In this document: piece by piece, positions 1-13,051 of the stretch | How the letters are laid out: each line of letters opens with the position of its first letter | How positions within the stretch are numbered: the first letter of the stretch is position 1 | Assembly (NCBI GenBank): GCA_026023565.1 | Contig: JAPETS010000026.1 | Coordinates: 124,001-188,000, forward strand | Source: Cirrosporium novae-zelandiae | Lineage: Eukaryota | Reading direction: 5' to 3' | Length of the DNA: 64,000 nucleotides | The notes under the pieces: model-generated | What the model was told of the DNA's origin: nothing | Seen by the model: only the letters and a program-made list of their open reading frames with translations | Databases searched by the model: none | Made by a program: the position numbers and the translations under genes

Positions 1-893
1 CTAGCAGCACAACGTCCCTAAAGAATACCCTCATTCTGGATCCCAACGCCGGCCCTATACCCTCGTCTACCCCCTCCACGCTCTCCCTACCAACCCCTTC
101 CGGCTCTGCTCCAGTCGCATGGACTCCATCGTCAGGAGCTAAAATCCATACCAACTCGTCTATTGTACTCTCAAACGCTGCATATGGGTTTCGGAAGCCA
201 AATATACTTGACGTAAAACTCGGGGCACGGCTATGGGGTGATGATGCTCCTGTACCCAAAAGAGCAAGGCTAGATGAGGTGGCCGCAGAGACGACTAGCT
301 TGCCTCTAGGATTCCGAATTGCAGGAATGAGGGTGTGGAACGGGGATAACGAGGAAGGCGAACAAGGAAAAAAGCCTCAAGTTTCTGAAGAAGACAAGGA
401 TAAGAAAGGAAATATTGTAGTCGAACTTGACGATGGCTATAGGGTTTATAACAAATTCTATGGCCGTTCTTTCGCTCCCTTTGATGTCCGCTCTGGCTTT
501 AGAGAATATCTTCGCATGAACGATGATATATCTAGCAAATACGGTCGCCCCTCCCGTCTCCTTGCGGGTCTCTTTGCAGCCCGTGTAAAAGAGATTCAGG
601 AAACATTGGAGAAGGAAGAGAGTCGGATGTATTCTGCAAGTCTACTCTTCGTGTATGAGGGTGATAAAGAAGCCATGATACAGAAAATTGAGGATGAAGG
701 CGATGTTAAAGAGAGAGACGAGAACATGGACTCTGATGAGGGAGAAGAGGCAGAAGCCCAGCAAAAATTTTACGACGTCAAACTCATTGATTTTGCGCAT
801 GCGCAGTGGGTACCTAGCCAAGGCCCAGATGAGAATGCCCTGCACGGCATCAGATCTGTGAGATCAATCTTTGAAGAGTTGGCGGATTCGTAA
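1..893 (+). CDS. IPK2: Inositol polyphosphate multikinase (Ipk2/Arg82 family), 5'-truncated by window
   Basis: Frame upstream of the ORF call reads ...YGFRKPNILDVKLGARLW (PxxxDxKxG inositol-binding motif); the ORF has GFRIAGM, SASLLFVYEGD (SSLL motif) and KLIDFAHA. Confidence 0.9.
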   Translation, partial: SSTTSLKNTLILDPNAGPIPSSTPSTLSLPTPSGSAPVAWTPSSGAKIHTNSSIVLSNAAYGFRKPNILDVKLGARLWGDDAPVPKRARLDEVAAETTSLPLGFRIAGMRVWNGDNEEGEQGKKPQVSEEDKDKKGNIVVELDDGYRVYNKFYGRSFAPFDVRSGFREYLRMNDDISSKYGRPSRLLAGLFAARVKEIQETLEKEESRMYSASLLFVYEGDKEAMIQKIEDEGDVKERDENMDSDEGEEAEAQQKFYDVKLIDFAHAQWVPSQGPDENALHGIRSVRSIFEELADS

Positions 894-1955
894 CTAGTAC
901 AAATTTCGAGTTTCCTGCAAGCTCTATCAAGTATCAATCTAAACGGCTATGATGGGAATGGGATAATGATGACGACTATATAGGTAGATGACTGGGCTGG
1001 CGCTATAAGATATTAGGTTACTGCTACTTTTCTCCTTCAGAATATCAACGAATATGAACTATTTCATGGCCCTGTTAGTCCCGCGGCTTAGAATCGTCCA
1101 ATAACTATCCTACTAAAGTATATCTATTAATCCCATATTCATACTAATTATAATTCCCAAACTAATTTTTTGCATGCGGAAAGGGACCTTACATGCACCA
1201 TCAGCATATTGCCGATTAGACATGACCATACAGCCATGAAGTTTCTCATCAATCTTGAACATCTCTACATTTGGTTATATTCTTGAGTAAACACTAGCTG
1301 AGCCATTTGGAGAGAATAGGGATATATGACATGAAGATAGATCAAGGAAAATGCTAGAAAGATTAAAGATTGAGCATTAATTATGAAATAAAAATCTGCC
1401 CCGATCAAGTGTGCCTGAAAAGGCTTTTAATTTTTTGACATATCTACTATTTTATTACTTATACTATAAATCTTAGACATATAATTTCAATATAATACAA
1501 ACTACAAATCATATTTAATTCTAAACCCCAAGTTTCATGATAGACTCCAAAAAAAGAGTTAAAATATTTTTCATATATATGAGACTACGAATTCCATAAT
1601 TTACTAAACAGCGACATGGTAAAGCGATGTCTTTGGCACCGTTGAGCTAAATCATTTCTTGATATGCAACACCACGTATCCGTAAACCACGCGATGAGTT
1701 TTTAATATCATCCTTCTTCATTTGGCTTCATTCCAATCCTATCCAAGCTCTAGTCTTTAGACATCATCGTTCTGTTCTCGCAGTCCCACTGTTGGTCTTG
1801 ATACTTAAACTGTGGATAAATGTTCAAGTAGAACAACAGCTGTTTAGGTACATGTACATCAACCGCAAAAGCCATCCAAGATTTTAGTCATCGAAGAAAG
1901 TCAGAGAAAGTAAAGCAAGAACGAATAAAGATCCCTTTCCTCAATTCTCTACATA

Positions 1956-3499
1956 ATGCCCGCCAAACTCCCACCCCCTCAGCCTGTATACATCCTCCGT
2001 GGTCATGCGGCCCCTATCCACGCCGTACACTTTTTCAACAAAAATCTACGACTTGTATCCGGTGATGCCGAGGGTTGGATTGTTGTCTGGAGCATAATTA
2101 CGAAGAGGCCTATAGCCGTCTGGAAGGGACATGAGAAGGCAATTTTGGGGCTTAAGAGTTGGGGACAGGATAGGGTCGTCAGGTACGTATCAAGTTTTCT
2201 AATATTCATGTTTCTAGGGACCTTATAAGCTCAACAATCAACAAGCTGGGTGGGTTTCTCTGAACTTTTTTGGCTGGATCATGTCCACACTCATCATAAA
2301 CCCATCTACGACATACATATTTCAAAAAAGCCACTCTCTAAAAAACAATATCATATCTAACCAATCCCCACAGCCACGGCCGTGATGACCGAATCTACAT
2401 CTGGCACCTCCCACTCACTCCCCAATCTCAACTCTCAACGTCCCTCCCCGTGGATTCCCCAACTCAACACCACAAGTCACCCTGGCTTCTACACAGCCTC
2501 AAAGTCAACGCCCTGAACTTCTGCGCCTTTTCAATGTGTCTGATCCCCTCGCCAGCATCTCAAGCGTCTAGTAGCAGCGCAGATAGGGACAGAGACGGAG
2601 AGGCCTTGATTGCAGTACCCGGACTGGAAGACTCCGAAGCGATTGATATTATGCACGTTCCTAGTGGGGAGAGAAGCAGTACGATCTCCGCGCCTAAAGG
2701 TTTGAAAACGGGTATGGTGATGGCATTGGGGATATACATCTTATGTTCGCTATCATCGGACTCTAGTTCCAAACAAATCATATACGTCGCCGCGGGCTAC
2801 GAATCCGGACACGTGGTATTGTACTCCTGCATGGATGCCCTAATCTCCCAGTCACAATCGCCATCTCCCACACCGACAACCCACACCGATCAAGAAAAAG
2901 AAACCCAACTTCACCCTCCCAACGCCCAAGCCTGGACCTGGCAAACCCTCTCCACCAGCCAACTGCACACCGAAACCACGCTCTCCCTCTCCCTCCAACC
3001 ATCCACCCAACCACCCCCCCCCACCTTCTTCCTAACTACAAGTGCCGACGCCAACATAGCAAAACACCCCATCCCCCTCCCAACCTCCCCACTCCCACAA
3101 ACCCCACCACCAAAAGTCCTCAACACCCACCACTCTGGTACGCCCTCCATATCCCTCCGAAACGACAGCCGAATTTTCGCAACCGCAGGCTGGGACGGTC
3201 GGGGACGCATGTATTCGACGAAGGGAATGAGGGAGATTGCGGTACTAAAGTGGCATGGGAAGGGGTGTTACTGTGTTGCTGTTGGGGACGTTGAGGTCGA
3301 TGGGGATGGAGATGGAGATGGGAAGGTTGAGATTAAGGCTGGTGGTGGTGGGGAAGAGGGGGGAGATGTTGTGGAGAGAACGGTTGGGTCTGGGTCTTTA
3401 GGGATTGTGGGGCGGGAGCGGGAGAGGAGGGTTATGGGGACGCATTGGGTTGCATTGGGATCGAAGGATGGGAAGATTTCTTTGTGGGATGTCTGTTAG
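1956..3499 (+). CDS. ASA1: ASTRA-associated protein 1, WD40 repeat protein (2 exons; intron ~2183-2373)
   Basis: N-term PPPQPVYILRGHAAPIHAVHF, motif VNALNFCAF, KTGMVMAL, FATAGWDGRGR, C-term GSKDGKISLWDV; GT..CAG intron with CTAAC branch point. Confidence 0.85.
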
Positions 3500-3713
3500 G
3501 TGATGTGATTGATGTTGGGTTTCTAATGATATATACAAACAATATAATTTTTTCTCTCATTTTTCCCCTCCACAATTCCTTAGGCTATTTACTTTGATAC
3601 CTCTTTTTTGTCCTCCCCTTTTAACTCCTTCGACCACCACTACCTACCTGAAGTATGTTGTTATGTATGTATGGATACAAGCCACCCGTTCACCCACTCA
3701 CCCAACTATCCAA

Positions 3714-6074
3714 CTATCCAATATTAAACTCCGAAGCCCCATTCATATTCTTCCACATCCTGGAATACATTTTTCTCTTCGCCTCTTCCAACGCACCCGT
3801 ATCCTGCTTCTTCATCACATCATCACCATCGCCATCTCTATCCCCATCATCACCGCCCCTATCAGGATCAGCCGCCCTCTTCCTCCCTGCTCCATGTCCA
3901 TGATTATCGCCCCTCGCCCCTTTAACTTTCTTGTCTCTCCCCTGCCGAATACCCGGCACGTTGATATTACTTGGTTTCTCCCTCAATCCAAAACTCTTCG
4001 CCCAATGTCCCAGATGCAGATTCTTGATGTTGAACATCTCTCGCTCGTTGGAAATATGCGTCGCATAAGCACGAATGTGGCTCATAAATGCCTTCCTCGC
4101 CATTTCACCCATCTTCTTATCACTCCCAATCCATCGCTCGATCTCTAGCTGGTAGTCCGTGGCTTTGACTTCCCAGTCATTCCCACTGCCGATGCCAGGA
4201 CTGCCAAAGCCTTTTTTCAGAAGGTCATCGACTTCGGTGCGGACGACATTTTGGGCGCTGGTGTCGCGATAGCTGTTTTTGAGTATCGAGACGTAGGCTT
4301 CCTCGGATCCGGGTTGGAGGAATATAATTGCGCGACCGTCACGGCCTGCACGGGCGGTTCTTCCGATCCTGTGGAGATGGTCTTCAGCGCTGAAGGCGGG
4401 GTCATATTCAATTACGAGGTCGATATTCGGGAGGTCCAGGCCACGGGATGCGACGTCTGTGCAGATGAGGAAGGAGGGGGTGGTGGAGGTAGAGAAGGAG
4501 TGGAGGGTTGAGGTTCGGGTTACTTGCGGGAGAGAGCCGTGGAGCTTGTGCACGGTTATTTGGTTATCACTGCTAGAGAGGCAGGGTGCCGGGGCTGAGG
4601 TTTCGGTGGCTGATAGTGGTTGTGTGGGTTGGTCGGAAGATGGATCTGTGGAGGTGGAGTGGGAGAATACTTGGAAGTGGAAATCCACGGAGTCGGCGCA
4701 GGACATAAAGACTATGGCTTTCATGATGGAACCGCGTCTAGCAAAGGTGCGACGAAGAGCTGCTGTTAGTGTCACTAAACGTAGTTTTGCTGCCACAATG
4801 GAGTAGGATTGTCGTAACTGTGCTGGAGCAGAGAAAGAATCTTCTTTGGGTTGAGTTCCTTCTTCATCTTTCACATCCGTAGGATCGGCCTTGATATGGA
4901 CGGCATCTTTTAGGCTGATCTCTCCCAATTTCTCAACATGTGTCTTCATTGTAGCTGAACATAGAATCGTAATTCTGCGCAGTGGTAATCCCATTGATTT
5001 GGCTTTAAGCTGTGAGCTCCGTCTCTTCTCCAACTTCTCCACAATATCGCGAATTTGCTCCTCGAATCCAAGCTCCATCAGACGATCTCCTTCGTCGAGG
5101 ACCAGCCAGCGCACATTGCTTACATTTAGGACTTCTGTGTTATCCAAATGATCTGTTAGTCGGCCTGGGGTAGCGACGAGAATATTAAGACCTTTTCTTA
5201 GACGCGCTTTTTCAGATTTCTTCTTCTCGCCTCCGGTGACGGTGCCAGCAACAAGCCAACTAGCACAGCGAAGAAGCTTCTCTAAGACGACTGAAATTTG
5301 TCTACACAATTCACGAGTGGGAGCCAAAATGATGGCAAAAAGCCCCGAATCTCGATGCACAGCTCCATCTTTCCCGTCTGCATTCTTGATAGCTGATAGA
5401 TTCATGATTCTTTGTACAATTGGTAGTAGATAGGCCAAAGTTTTCCCCGAACCTGTCTCCGCCTGTATGAACGCATCGGCGTCTTCATTGAGCAATGGGG
5501 ACAACGATGCTTTCTGAATCGCAGTGGGGGCTTTGAGCTCAAGCTTTTTCAGGAGATGTGCAGCTAGAATTGGCGAAACACCGAGGTAAGTGAAGGTATC
5601 GAGTTCATCCTTAAGGGGAGCATTCGAGGGCTTGATTGGCTCTGCATTTTGTTTGGCCTGCTCTTCTAATGCGGTTTTCGGCTCGGGGTTGAAGGTGAAA
5701 AGAGAGGATATGAATTCCCTTGGTTTCCCAGAAAGGCCTCCAGGTTTATATCCTTGTTGCTGGTTATGCGAATTCGTCTGCGCTCCGGTTGAAGCTGGCT
5801 CGAACTCCCCATCTTGTCTTTGTCTTTTCTGAGGTCTAGGACCAGATACCTTGATGTGATTCGGATTGCCATTGGTTCGTTCTCCTCCCTCTCCTCCAGT
5901 AGCTTCGTTCTTCTTCTCATCAGCATCTGGAGACCTCTGTTTACGAGTCTGGCGATGTTGAGCAAGTCTTTTCGCAATCAATCGATCCTTCCAACGACCA
6001 CCTTTGAAGGACGTCTTTTGCACCAGTGGAGCAGCGTCGAAAGAAAAGTTCAACTGGAAACCATCATCTGCCAT
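3714..6074 (-). CDS. DBP7: ATP-dependent DEAD-box RNA helicase Dbp7 (60S biogenesis)
   Basis: AETGSGKT, PTREL, TPGRL, DEGD, SAT, HRIGRTARAG motifs; Dbp7-typical GGEKKKSEKARLRKG and C-terminal ASEFNIG. Confidence 0.95.
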   Translation of the reverse strand: MADDGFQLNFSFDAAPLVQKTSFKGGRWKDRLIAKRLAQHRQTRKQRSPDADEKKNEATGGEGGERTNGNPNHIKVSGPRPQKRQRQDGEFEPASTGAQTNSHNQQQGYKPGGLSGKPREFISSLFTFNPEPKTALEEQAKQNAEPIKPSNAPLKDELDTFTYLGVSPILAAHLLKKLELKAPTAIQKASLSPLLNEDADAFIQAETGSGKTLAYLLPIVQRIMNLSAIKNADGKDGAVHRDSGLFAIILAPTRELCRQISVVLEKLLRCASWLVAGTVTGGEKKKSEKARLRKGLNILVATPGRLTDHLDNTEVLNVSNVRWLVLDEGDRLMELGFEEQIRDIVEKLEKRRSSQLKAKSMGLPLRRITILCSATMKTHVEKLGEISLKDAVHIKADPTDVKDEEGTQPKEDSFSAPAQLRQSYSIVAAKLRLVTLTAALRRTFARRGSIMKAIVFMSCADSVDFHFQVFSHSTSTDPSSDQPTQPLSATETSAPAPCLSSSDNQITVHKLHGSLPQVTRTSTLHSFSTSTTPSFLICTDVASRGLDLPNIDLVIEYDPAFSAEDHLHRIGRTARAGRDGRAIIFLQPGSEEAYVSILKNSYRDTSAQNVVRTEVDDLLKKGFGSPGIGSGNDWEVKATDYQLEIERWIGSDKKMGEMARKAFMSHIRAYATHISNEREMFNIKNLHLGHWAKSFGLREKPSNINVPGIRQGRDKKVKGARGDNHGHGAGRKRAADPDRGGDDGDRDGDGDDVMKKQDTGALEEAKRKMYSRMWKNMNGASEFNIG

Positions 6075-6823
6075 GGTGACTGCAGACTTGATAGTATTTT
6101 TTTTATTGTTAGAGCTTAAGTATTAACAATAATATATCGTTGTGTATCAAGTACCTAGGTAGGTACCGAATCTATCACAGAAATTCTCCAAAAAGTTCTC
6201 GACCGAGAAATTTAACGCTAAGGAAAACCAATATCATAGTCCGGTCGCACAAAACGACCCCAAAGCGCAAAACACCTCAGTCCGTTCAGAGGCAAAGTAT
6301 CAATTCCACGCCGCAGCGTTCATCACGACGCTGACAGCGGATGCCGGATGTGTAACTGAGAAGATCATGATGGGTATCCGGATAATACCACTTGACAATC
6401 TGACGAGAAAATGGCTTTCTCAACGTTGGCATTTCAAGCAAGAATTCCATCTCGCTGGAGCTTGAGCATGCGAGTATTTACAGTTCTACGGGATACTTCT
6501 ACTTACCCGGGCTATCTAAGACCGTTTTTAGGACTTAAGCTATCTGGATCTCGGAGATCCATTTCTAATTTGCCTTGTAGGTTTCTTTTTCCAATCAATT
6601 CAACTTGCAAGATTTGAGTCATCACCAACAAGTGAAACTGAGTACATCAAATGAAAGAATGGGAGCTTGACGACCTCCCAAAAACTTTGAACTGAAGGAA
6701 TCATTTCAAGAACTTTCTTTCTGAGTATATCTCAACTGAACCACCCACCTATTTTTTCTCACTCTGACTCCCTCAACTTACAATTCCTACCAAAAACCAA
6801 CTCACTAACAAAAATCAGACACT

Positions 6824-7891
6824 ATGAAGGTACCCTTCTCACCCGCAGCCCCTTCAGGCTCAACGTCCAATGCCCTCTCGGTCTTCAACACCATCCCACC
6901 CCTCCACACGATGCTCTCCCATCTTCCCGGCCCCATCGCCCTGGTCCCCACAATGGGCGCCCTACACGCAGGGCACATATCCCTACTCCGCCGCGCTGCC
7001 ATTGAGAACCCCACTGTTATAATATCAATATTTGTAAACCCGACTCAATTCGCCCCAACAGAGGACCTATCAACATACCCCCGGACCTTGGATGCTGATC
7101 TCAAGCTCCTCAACCAGCTAAATTTCGACCTCGCTCAGGAACGAAAACAAGGGGAAAACATAGCAGGAAGCATCAAAGCCGTCTTCGCACCAACCGATCA
7201 CGTCATGTATCCAAACCCACCCACCGCCTCCTCGCCCGGCTCATATGTAACTGTCCTCCCCATCTCCACCGTTCTTGAGGGTCAATCCCGCCCTACATTC
7301 TTCCGGGGCGTAACCACAGTCTGTATGAAACTCTTCCATATCATCCGCCCGGACGTGGTGTACTTCGGGCAAAAGGACATCCAGCAAACGGTGGTTATAA
7401 AACGAATGGTGCAAGACTTTTGTATGGATAACTATCTGCGTGTACGGATCGGGCCTACGGTCCGCGAGGAACCTGATGGGCTGGCACTGAGCTCGCGGAA
7501 TGTTTATTTAGGAACGAGGAGGAGGAAGGTCGCGACTGTTTTGGTTAATGCGCTTAGAGTAGCTGAAGGTGTCTTTGCGAAAGGTTCCAGGTTGCGAGAG
7601 GATATCCTGGGTGCGGCCAACGAGGTCATTGCGCAGGAACAGAAAATTCAATCAGAGCTGCCGTCTCACTTGAGAGTACTTTTCAAAGTCGATTATATAT
7701 CTTTGGCTGATAGTTTGACGCTCGCCGAACTCGATGACGTTGAAGATGGGAAAGGGGCTATCATAAGTGGCGCAATTAAAATGCTCCCAGTTGAAGACGT
7801 TCAGGGAGGAGAGGATCCAGGATTTGGTGGGGGAATGGGAACGGTGAGGTTGATTGATAACATTCTCCTCGGTGCTGCTGCAAAGATTTGA
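6824..7891 (+). CDS. PAN6: Pantoate-beta-alanine ligase (pantothenate synthetase)
   Basis: VPTMGALHAGH, SIFVNPTQF, RPTFFRGV, YFGQKDIQQ, GLALSSRN, VRLIDN motifs. Confidence 0.96.
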   Translation: MKVPFSPAAPSGSTSNALSVFNTIPPLHTMLSHLPGPIALVPTMGALHAGHISLLRRAAIENPTVIISIFVNPTQFAPTEDLSTYPRTLDADLKLLNQLNFDLAQERKQGENIAGSIKAVFAPTDHVMYPNPPTASSPGSYVTVLPISTVLEGQSRPTFFRGVTTVCMKLFHIIRPDVVYFGQKDIQQTVVIKRMVQDFCMDNYLRVRIGPTVREEPDGLALSSRNVYLGTRRRKVATVLVNALRVAEGVFAKGSRLREDILGAANEVIAQEQKIQSELPSHLRVLFKVDYISLADSLTLAELDDVEDGKGAIISGAIKMLPVEDVQGGEDPGFGGGMGTVRLIDNILLGAAAKI

Positions 7892-8497
7892 GTAACCTCT
7901 ACAAGTAATTATCAATCTAAATTTAGATCCGTTGTTACGGTTAGTAACATTCAAAATGAGCAGATAGATCAGTTAGAACCCAAGCAACGACAAATCTAAC
8001 TTCAGATCAGATCCTTATTGGAATATCTAGAATAATATAGTATTGATTCTAACATTTTGCATTAACCCCAACTAGTATCGAACGAAAGTCACTGCTACAA
8101 GCAGGAATTGTATCCTTGTGCGGTAAAACACACAACTAATATAACATCATTAAAAAGGCTGTACAATGGATGAAAAAGACCCCGATCCCTGAATCCACCA
8201 AGGGGGTATGTAAACGCGTAATGTAATGTTGTGTGTAGTCCGAGCCATGATGATAACCATGTTTATTCCCCATCAAGGGAGTATTCTTTGATTTTCGACC
8301 TTATTCTTTTGACCTCATAACGCCTGAATAATTTCCAGTTGAATGCCTCGATGGCTCGGATTGAAGACCGAATGACAAACACCAAACACACATATCTTTA
8401 GTTTCCGCTTTGAAAAATAATCCGACTTCTTAAATTCATTTTCATGTTCCTCATGCGCTCAACAAGTTTGCCCACTTGGCTCGCTTATTTTGATTAA

Positions 8498-10754
8498 TTA
8501 ATCCTCCTCCAACGGTGTCATCAACGGGCTTTTATGTCTCGTCGGACTTCCGGCTCGAGATCTCTTTCCACCACTCGGTCCTAAACCTGGTGATAATAAT
8601 CGTTCCCTGCTTTCTGTTCTCACAACGAGCCCGCTGCGATCCATTGGTGTTGGAGGCGGATAATCAAAATATGAACCGCCGACAGGTTTCTCGAGGTTGA
8701 AATGTGGGGTTGCCAGACCAGAGGTCCTCCCAGCTCGGGTTTCTTCCGAAGAATTTGAGTGGTCTGATTCTACGTCCCCAAGCTCGAATTCCGAGGGGTC
8801 GGGACCAGCTTCAAGGTGTTCATATGAAGTGGCAGAAGAGCCATTGCTGAATAATTTGCCGGTAAAGAATCTTCTTCTTTTAGATGATGACGGAGGGTTA
8901 ATGCCAAGTTTTCGATATATTCTTATTCTTCGGCCTTTACCACAGAGGAGGAACACAGCAATGCAGACTATAAGCATGAAAATCAGGAAACCAGGGATTC
9001 GACGCGGTGAGTCGGTATCGAAGAGGGCCGTGTGCCAGTCTTCGCCATCATCATCACTATAGAGATCATCGGTGTAAGACGTATTTGGCAAGGGACGATA
9101 TCTCCCTCCAGCATATTGGAAGTCTTCTGGTATGCCGGGAACATTGCTACCAAATCCAACAGGAAGGGAGTCTTTGGATCTTACTTGTGACGCGGCATAG
9201 AGGACCATCTTGCCAAGGGTCCAACTGACTTCGGTATCATCTATCTTATCGACTGCCTGGAAAGGATCTAGGAAGCCCTTTTCTTTAGCATGCGCAAGAA
9301 CCGCCTTTGTGCCGTTGTTACTACTTGCATGGGCGTCTTCTAGACCAACTCTGGGAATGCCAATACCATCATGGAGAACGTTGATCAACCATGACGCTTT
9401 AAAGCAAACCTCGAGCGCAGTGTGTTCGTCAACCCTCTTTCCCCATTCGTGATTGTCAACTCCTTTTTCAATTGTTGCCCAATCTTGACTGCAGAAATCC
9501 TTGACCCGTTGTTGATATGTATTGAAGTCATACGAATCATCCTTATGAGACATTTCAAACACTTCATGAGTTGTGTGCCAATATTCACTCACGCCGACAA
9601 AATGGTTTACGTCAAAGTCTATCGCTGGAACGTGGACTCCATGTAGCAAACAAGGTTCATCTTCGCAGGGAGCGTCCTTATCAAGAAGAGGATATGTTTG
9701 TCGTAAACATTCATCGAAACGCCCAGTACCAATAAGATATGGATTTTCTTCTTCAATCCTAGGAGAGTCCGGTAATAATATATCTCCCTTGGTTGTGATG
9801 GTAAGGCCAACTGGAAGACATGGATCGGGAAGTTCGTGCGCGTCATGTGTGGCACTGGCTTCAAGTAAACTTTGGATATAACGTTTGCGGGCTTCGTTGA
9901 CACCGAAGCCCAACCATGTTGTGACAAATACTCTGTATTCGGTAGAAAGACCGTTAATGTTCCGCATTCGCAACAATTTCAGATCATCGGCATGCTTCTG
10001 TGCCTCGGTTACATTTGGTGCAAAAGCAATTTGTGCCGACGCTCCTCCCATATCTAGAAAACCATAGGTGTGGTGCCCCTTTCCATGTGAATGGTCATCC
10101 GGGTTATCGAAGCCTCCTAGTAGATAATTTGCCGCAATCCAACCATATAATCCTTCAGTCTCGCCGGGGATAACTTGCACGTGGAGGTTACAATCAGGGA
10201 GGGAGAAATTGGTTTTCAGGCGTGCGTAGGTACATATTTGGGAGAGAAGTTCCTTTCGTTGAATTTCAGGGAGTAGTCGCATTCCGGCAGTAGCGAGGAG
10301 AAAGAAAGGGGTTTCGGCCACATCTTCTTCGGGGACAATATCCAACGCATGTTGAAGAAGGGGTTGGAGATATTCTGGGCCTACAATATTTGGATTATCG
10401 CCAAATGTTGATATACCTGAAGTCACGTTAGCCTAAGCTAGCAGCTGGTATACCAACAGCCAATGCATACCAGGTTTGAGTTTCAAAGTCCAGTGTTTCT
10501 TCGTATGTAATGCGGGAAGCGATTCAAATGCTTGTCTATCTGCTTTCTCGCGTGCTATTGTACTATCGAGCCAACGATAGATATAGACTCGCGTACCCTG
10601 TGATAAGGTCAGTTTGGATGCGAAAAGTAGCAAATGTTCTCGGAAATACTCACGGACGAACCAGCGTCCAAAATGACTCCATAGCGCCCTAGGCAATTGC
10701 ATGTTAATATAATGTAGTATAGCAAGAGCGAGGACACAACATACACTTGCCCAT
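8498..10754 (-). CDS. YND1: Golgi apyrase / GDA1-CD39 nucleoside phosphatase with C-terminal TM helix (spliced)
   Basis: Spliced 5' exons read MGKW-RYGVILDAGSS-GTRVYIYRW (ACR1); ATAGMRLL, GETEGLYGW, DMGGASAQ, SWTLG; TM segment IPGFLIFMLIVCIAVFLLC. Confidence 0.9.
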
Positions 10755-12275
10755 TAGTATGGTTGTATGGTTATCTCAGAAGCATGTCCCTTATCAAGGC
10801 TTTGGAGGAATATTTATTAACAAGCCACAAATACAATTGCTGCCAGCAGAAATAGGGAGCGTGGAATGGTGAGTATATTTCGAATTGGAAGAGCGAGCGA
10901 CTCTGAGCAGGTGGGGAAAAGATGAAAGACGGTACAAGAGGGTAAGAGCGATTGATTATGGTGGGTGGAACCCTTTAGGACTTTGAGAAGAAGAAAGTAG
11001 AATTGTCCAGGTTAAGGATCTCCAAGGTGGTGGAATTGGTGGAGCTACCCTGCAAGTCCCCTGCAAGTTCCCTGCAAGTACCAAGTTGGATGGGGGAACT
11101 GGGGGGCTGTAAAGGCTGTAAAGGCTGTAAAGGTGGTAAATTATTTGACCGGATGCGTCGCCGAATACTTCGACCTAAGCATTACACGAGTAGAGTGCCC
11201 GAAGCAAGCCCCTCTATCGGCTTGCTAGGCGTAGGACTGGAGGGAACTTTGAAGAACGCGCGGTGCGGCGTTACTAGTTCCATACAAGTAATACCGAACA
11301 CGAGCCATAATTTACCATAATTTACCTACTGATATGGAAAATTAATAGGGAGATTACGCCTCCGTCGTCGCCTCGGGTAATAATGATTTTCTCGTACTCT
11401 AACAATACATGTGCCACTCTATTTACAGTAATATCTGTCTCTGTACTTGTAGTTACTTTCTGCATCACCCAGTTAACAAATCCGTCTTGTTTGCTATAGC
11501 TAGCCATAGCCCATCACCTGAACCCTTTTGAGTTCCAACTACCTGCCGTTGGCCGTTTGGCTTCATAAATAAATAACCTCACCTCACTAACCATATGCAA
11601 CTAACAACTAACATTTTCATTCTAAACCTTGGCCGCAGAACCACCGGATCAACGGGAAATTCTTAATCCCGTCATGTCTAAGAGATCATCATTCAGATTC
11701 CAATTACACAGGAAAGTTTGTAACGTTGCTCAATCAACCTTCCATGTTAATGTCCATATCACTATCCATTAATATTATTGGCCTACTAACCGTAATACAT
11801 TGTACAATTAATCTCATGAAACATACAAAGTAATCTCCGCTCAGTGAAAGAAGGAATAAAATCAACTTTCATCCTACAACTTACTTCCCATGACGTAGTT
11901 CGAAAAGATATGCAAGGGAGCCCTGGGCAGATCTCAAAGCAAAGATTTGAGACATGGACCGGCAAAGGATTATGGGACAGCATCCCTTGTACACCATGTG
12001 CAAAACTACTCGATGAGCCAGTCGTTCTACTGACATGCATAATAAATCCAGTCAAATGAAGATAATACTTCATAAACTCATCAACGACACTGATCACCCA
12101 TTGTACAACACCACTCCAGAAGTAAATTCTGAGTCAAGTCATATATTCTCGTAGCTAAAGAGTAGTTCGAGAAGGAACATGGAAATCATGTCATGCCAAT
12201 CGCCAGTAACCCTTCCTATCACTGATTTTTCTTATCCTCTACTTGATCTCTTTCATTCGACATTCCAGGCCCTCT

Positions 12276-13051
12276 TTAGTGTCCTCCAGCACGTCTGCTC
12301 TCCGCGATAACGCCTTGCATTTCGTCGACCTTTCTCTTGGCACGACCGAATGTGCCAAGCTGAATAATCTAAGTTAGTATGAAGACTCGATAGTAATGTA
12401 ATATCGTAGAAGTCGAAGAGTAGTGAAAGGATAGAATATATCGACATACCCTCTTCTTAGCAAGCTTCCTGGCACTATTTTTTGACATAAGTTAGCATTG
12501 ACTTGATGAAAAATTCATGTGGCTAGCAATGGCTCAATATATCCTTACCGTTTATCTTTGCTGTTGCGAAGCAATTCTATGATGCGGCGTTCATATGGTG
12601 CATGTCTAAGAGAATATAAGGATTTATATTAAGGAGTGGCCGAAATTCCTACCCAGCTACCTCTCTCACTATTTTAGTCAGTATCTGAAGAACCCCCGGA
12701 TAATTGATAAACTTACCGATATCACGGATGAAGGAGGTTTTCTATCGTTGTATTAGCTAAAATCGGATACTTTGACATGCAATTCTCTTTTACCTTTGAA
12801 GGAGCACCCCTACGCTTGGAAATTCTCTGCTTCCGCTCTAATGGAGAGACCACCTGTAGGACAAGTAATCAGTCATTCTTCAAAACTTGGCTCTGATGTA
12901 GTGGTAGTTTGAAAAGTTGAATAGGTCGGCGGGAGAAGAGAAATCGCATACATGGCCCTAAAAGTAGTCAGCAAAATAATTAGAAGCTAACAATTCAATC
13001 ACATACTTTGTTCACGCCCCAAACGATGCCGCTCTTTTGTGCTGCAGCCAT
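12276..13051 (-). CDS. RPL36: 60S ribosomal protein L36 (eL36), 8 exons
   Basis: Manual splicing at GT-AG sites gives [105 protein letters not shown]. Missed by the ORF track. Confidence 0.93.

Noticed and set aside
11048..11140. Short tandem repeats (CCCTGCAAGT x3, GGCTGTAAA x3) and ORF 11003-11320
   Set aside because: Simple repeats in the YND1 upstream region; no recognisable protein.
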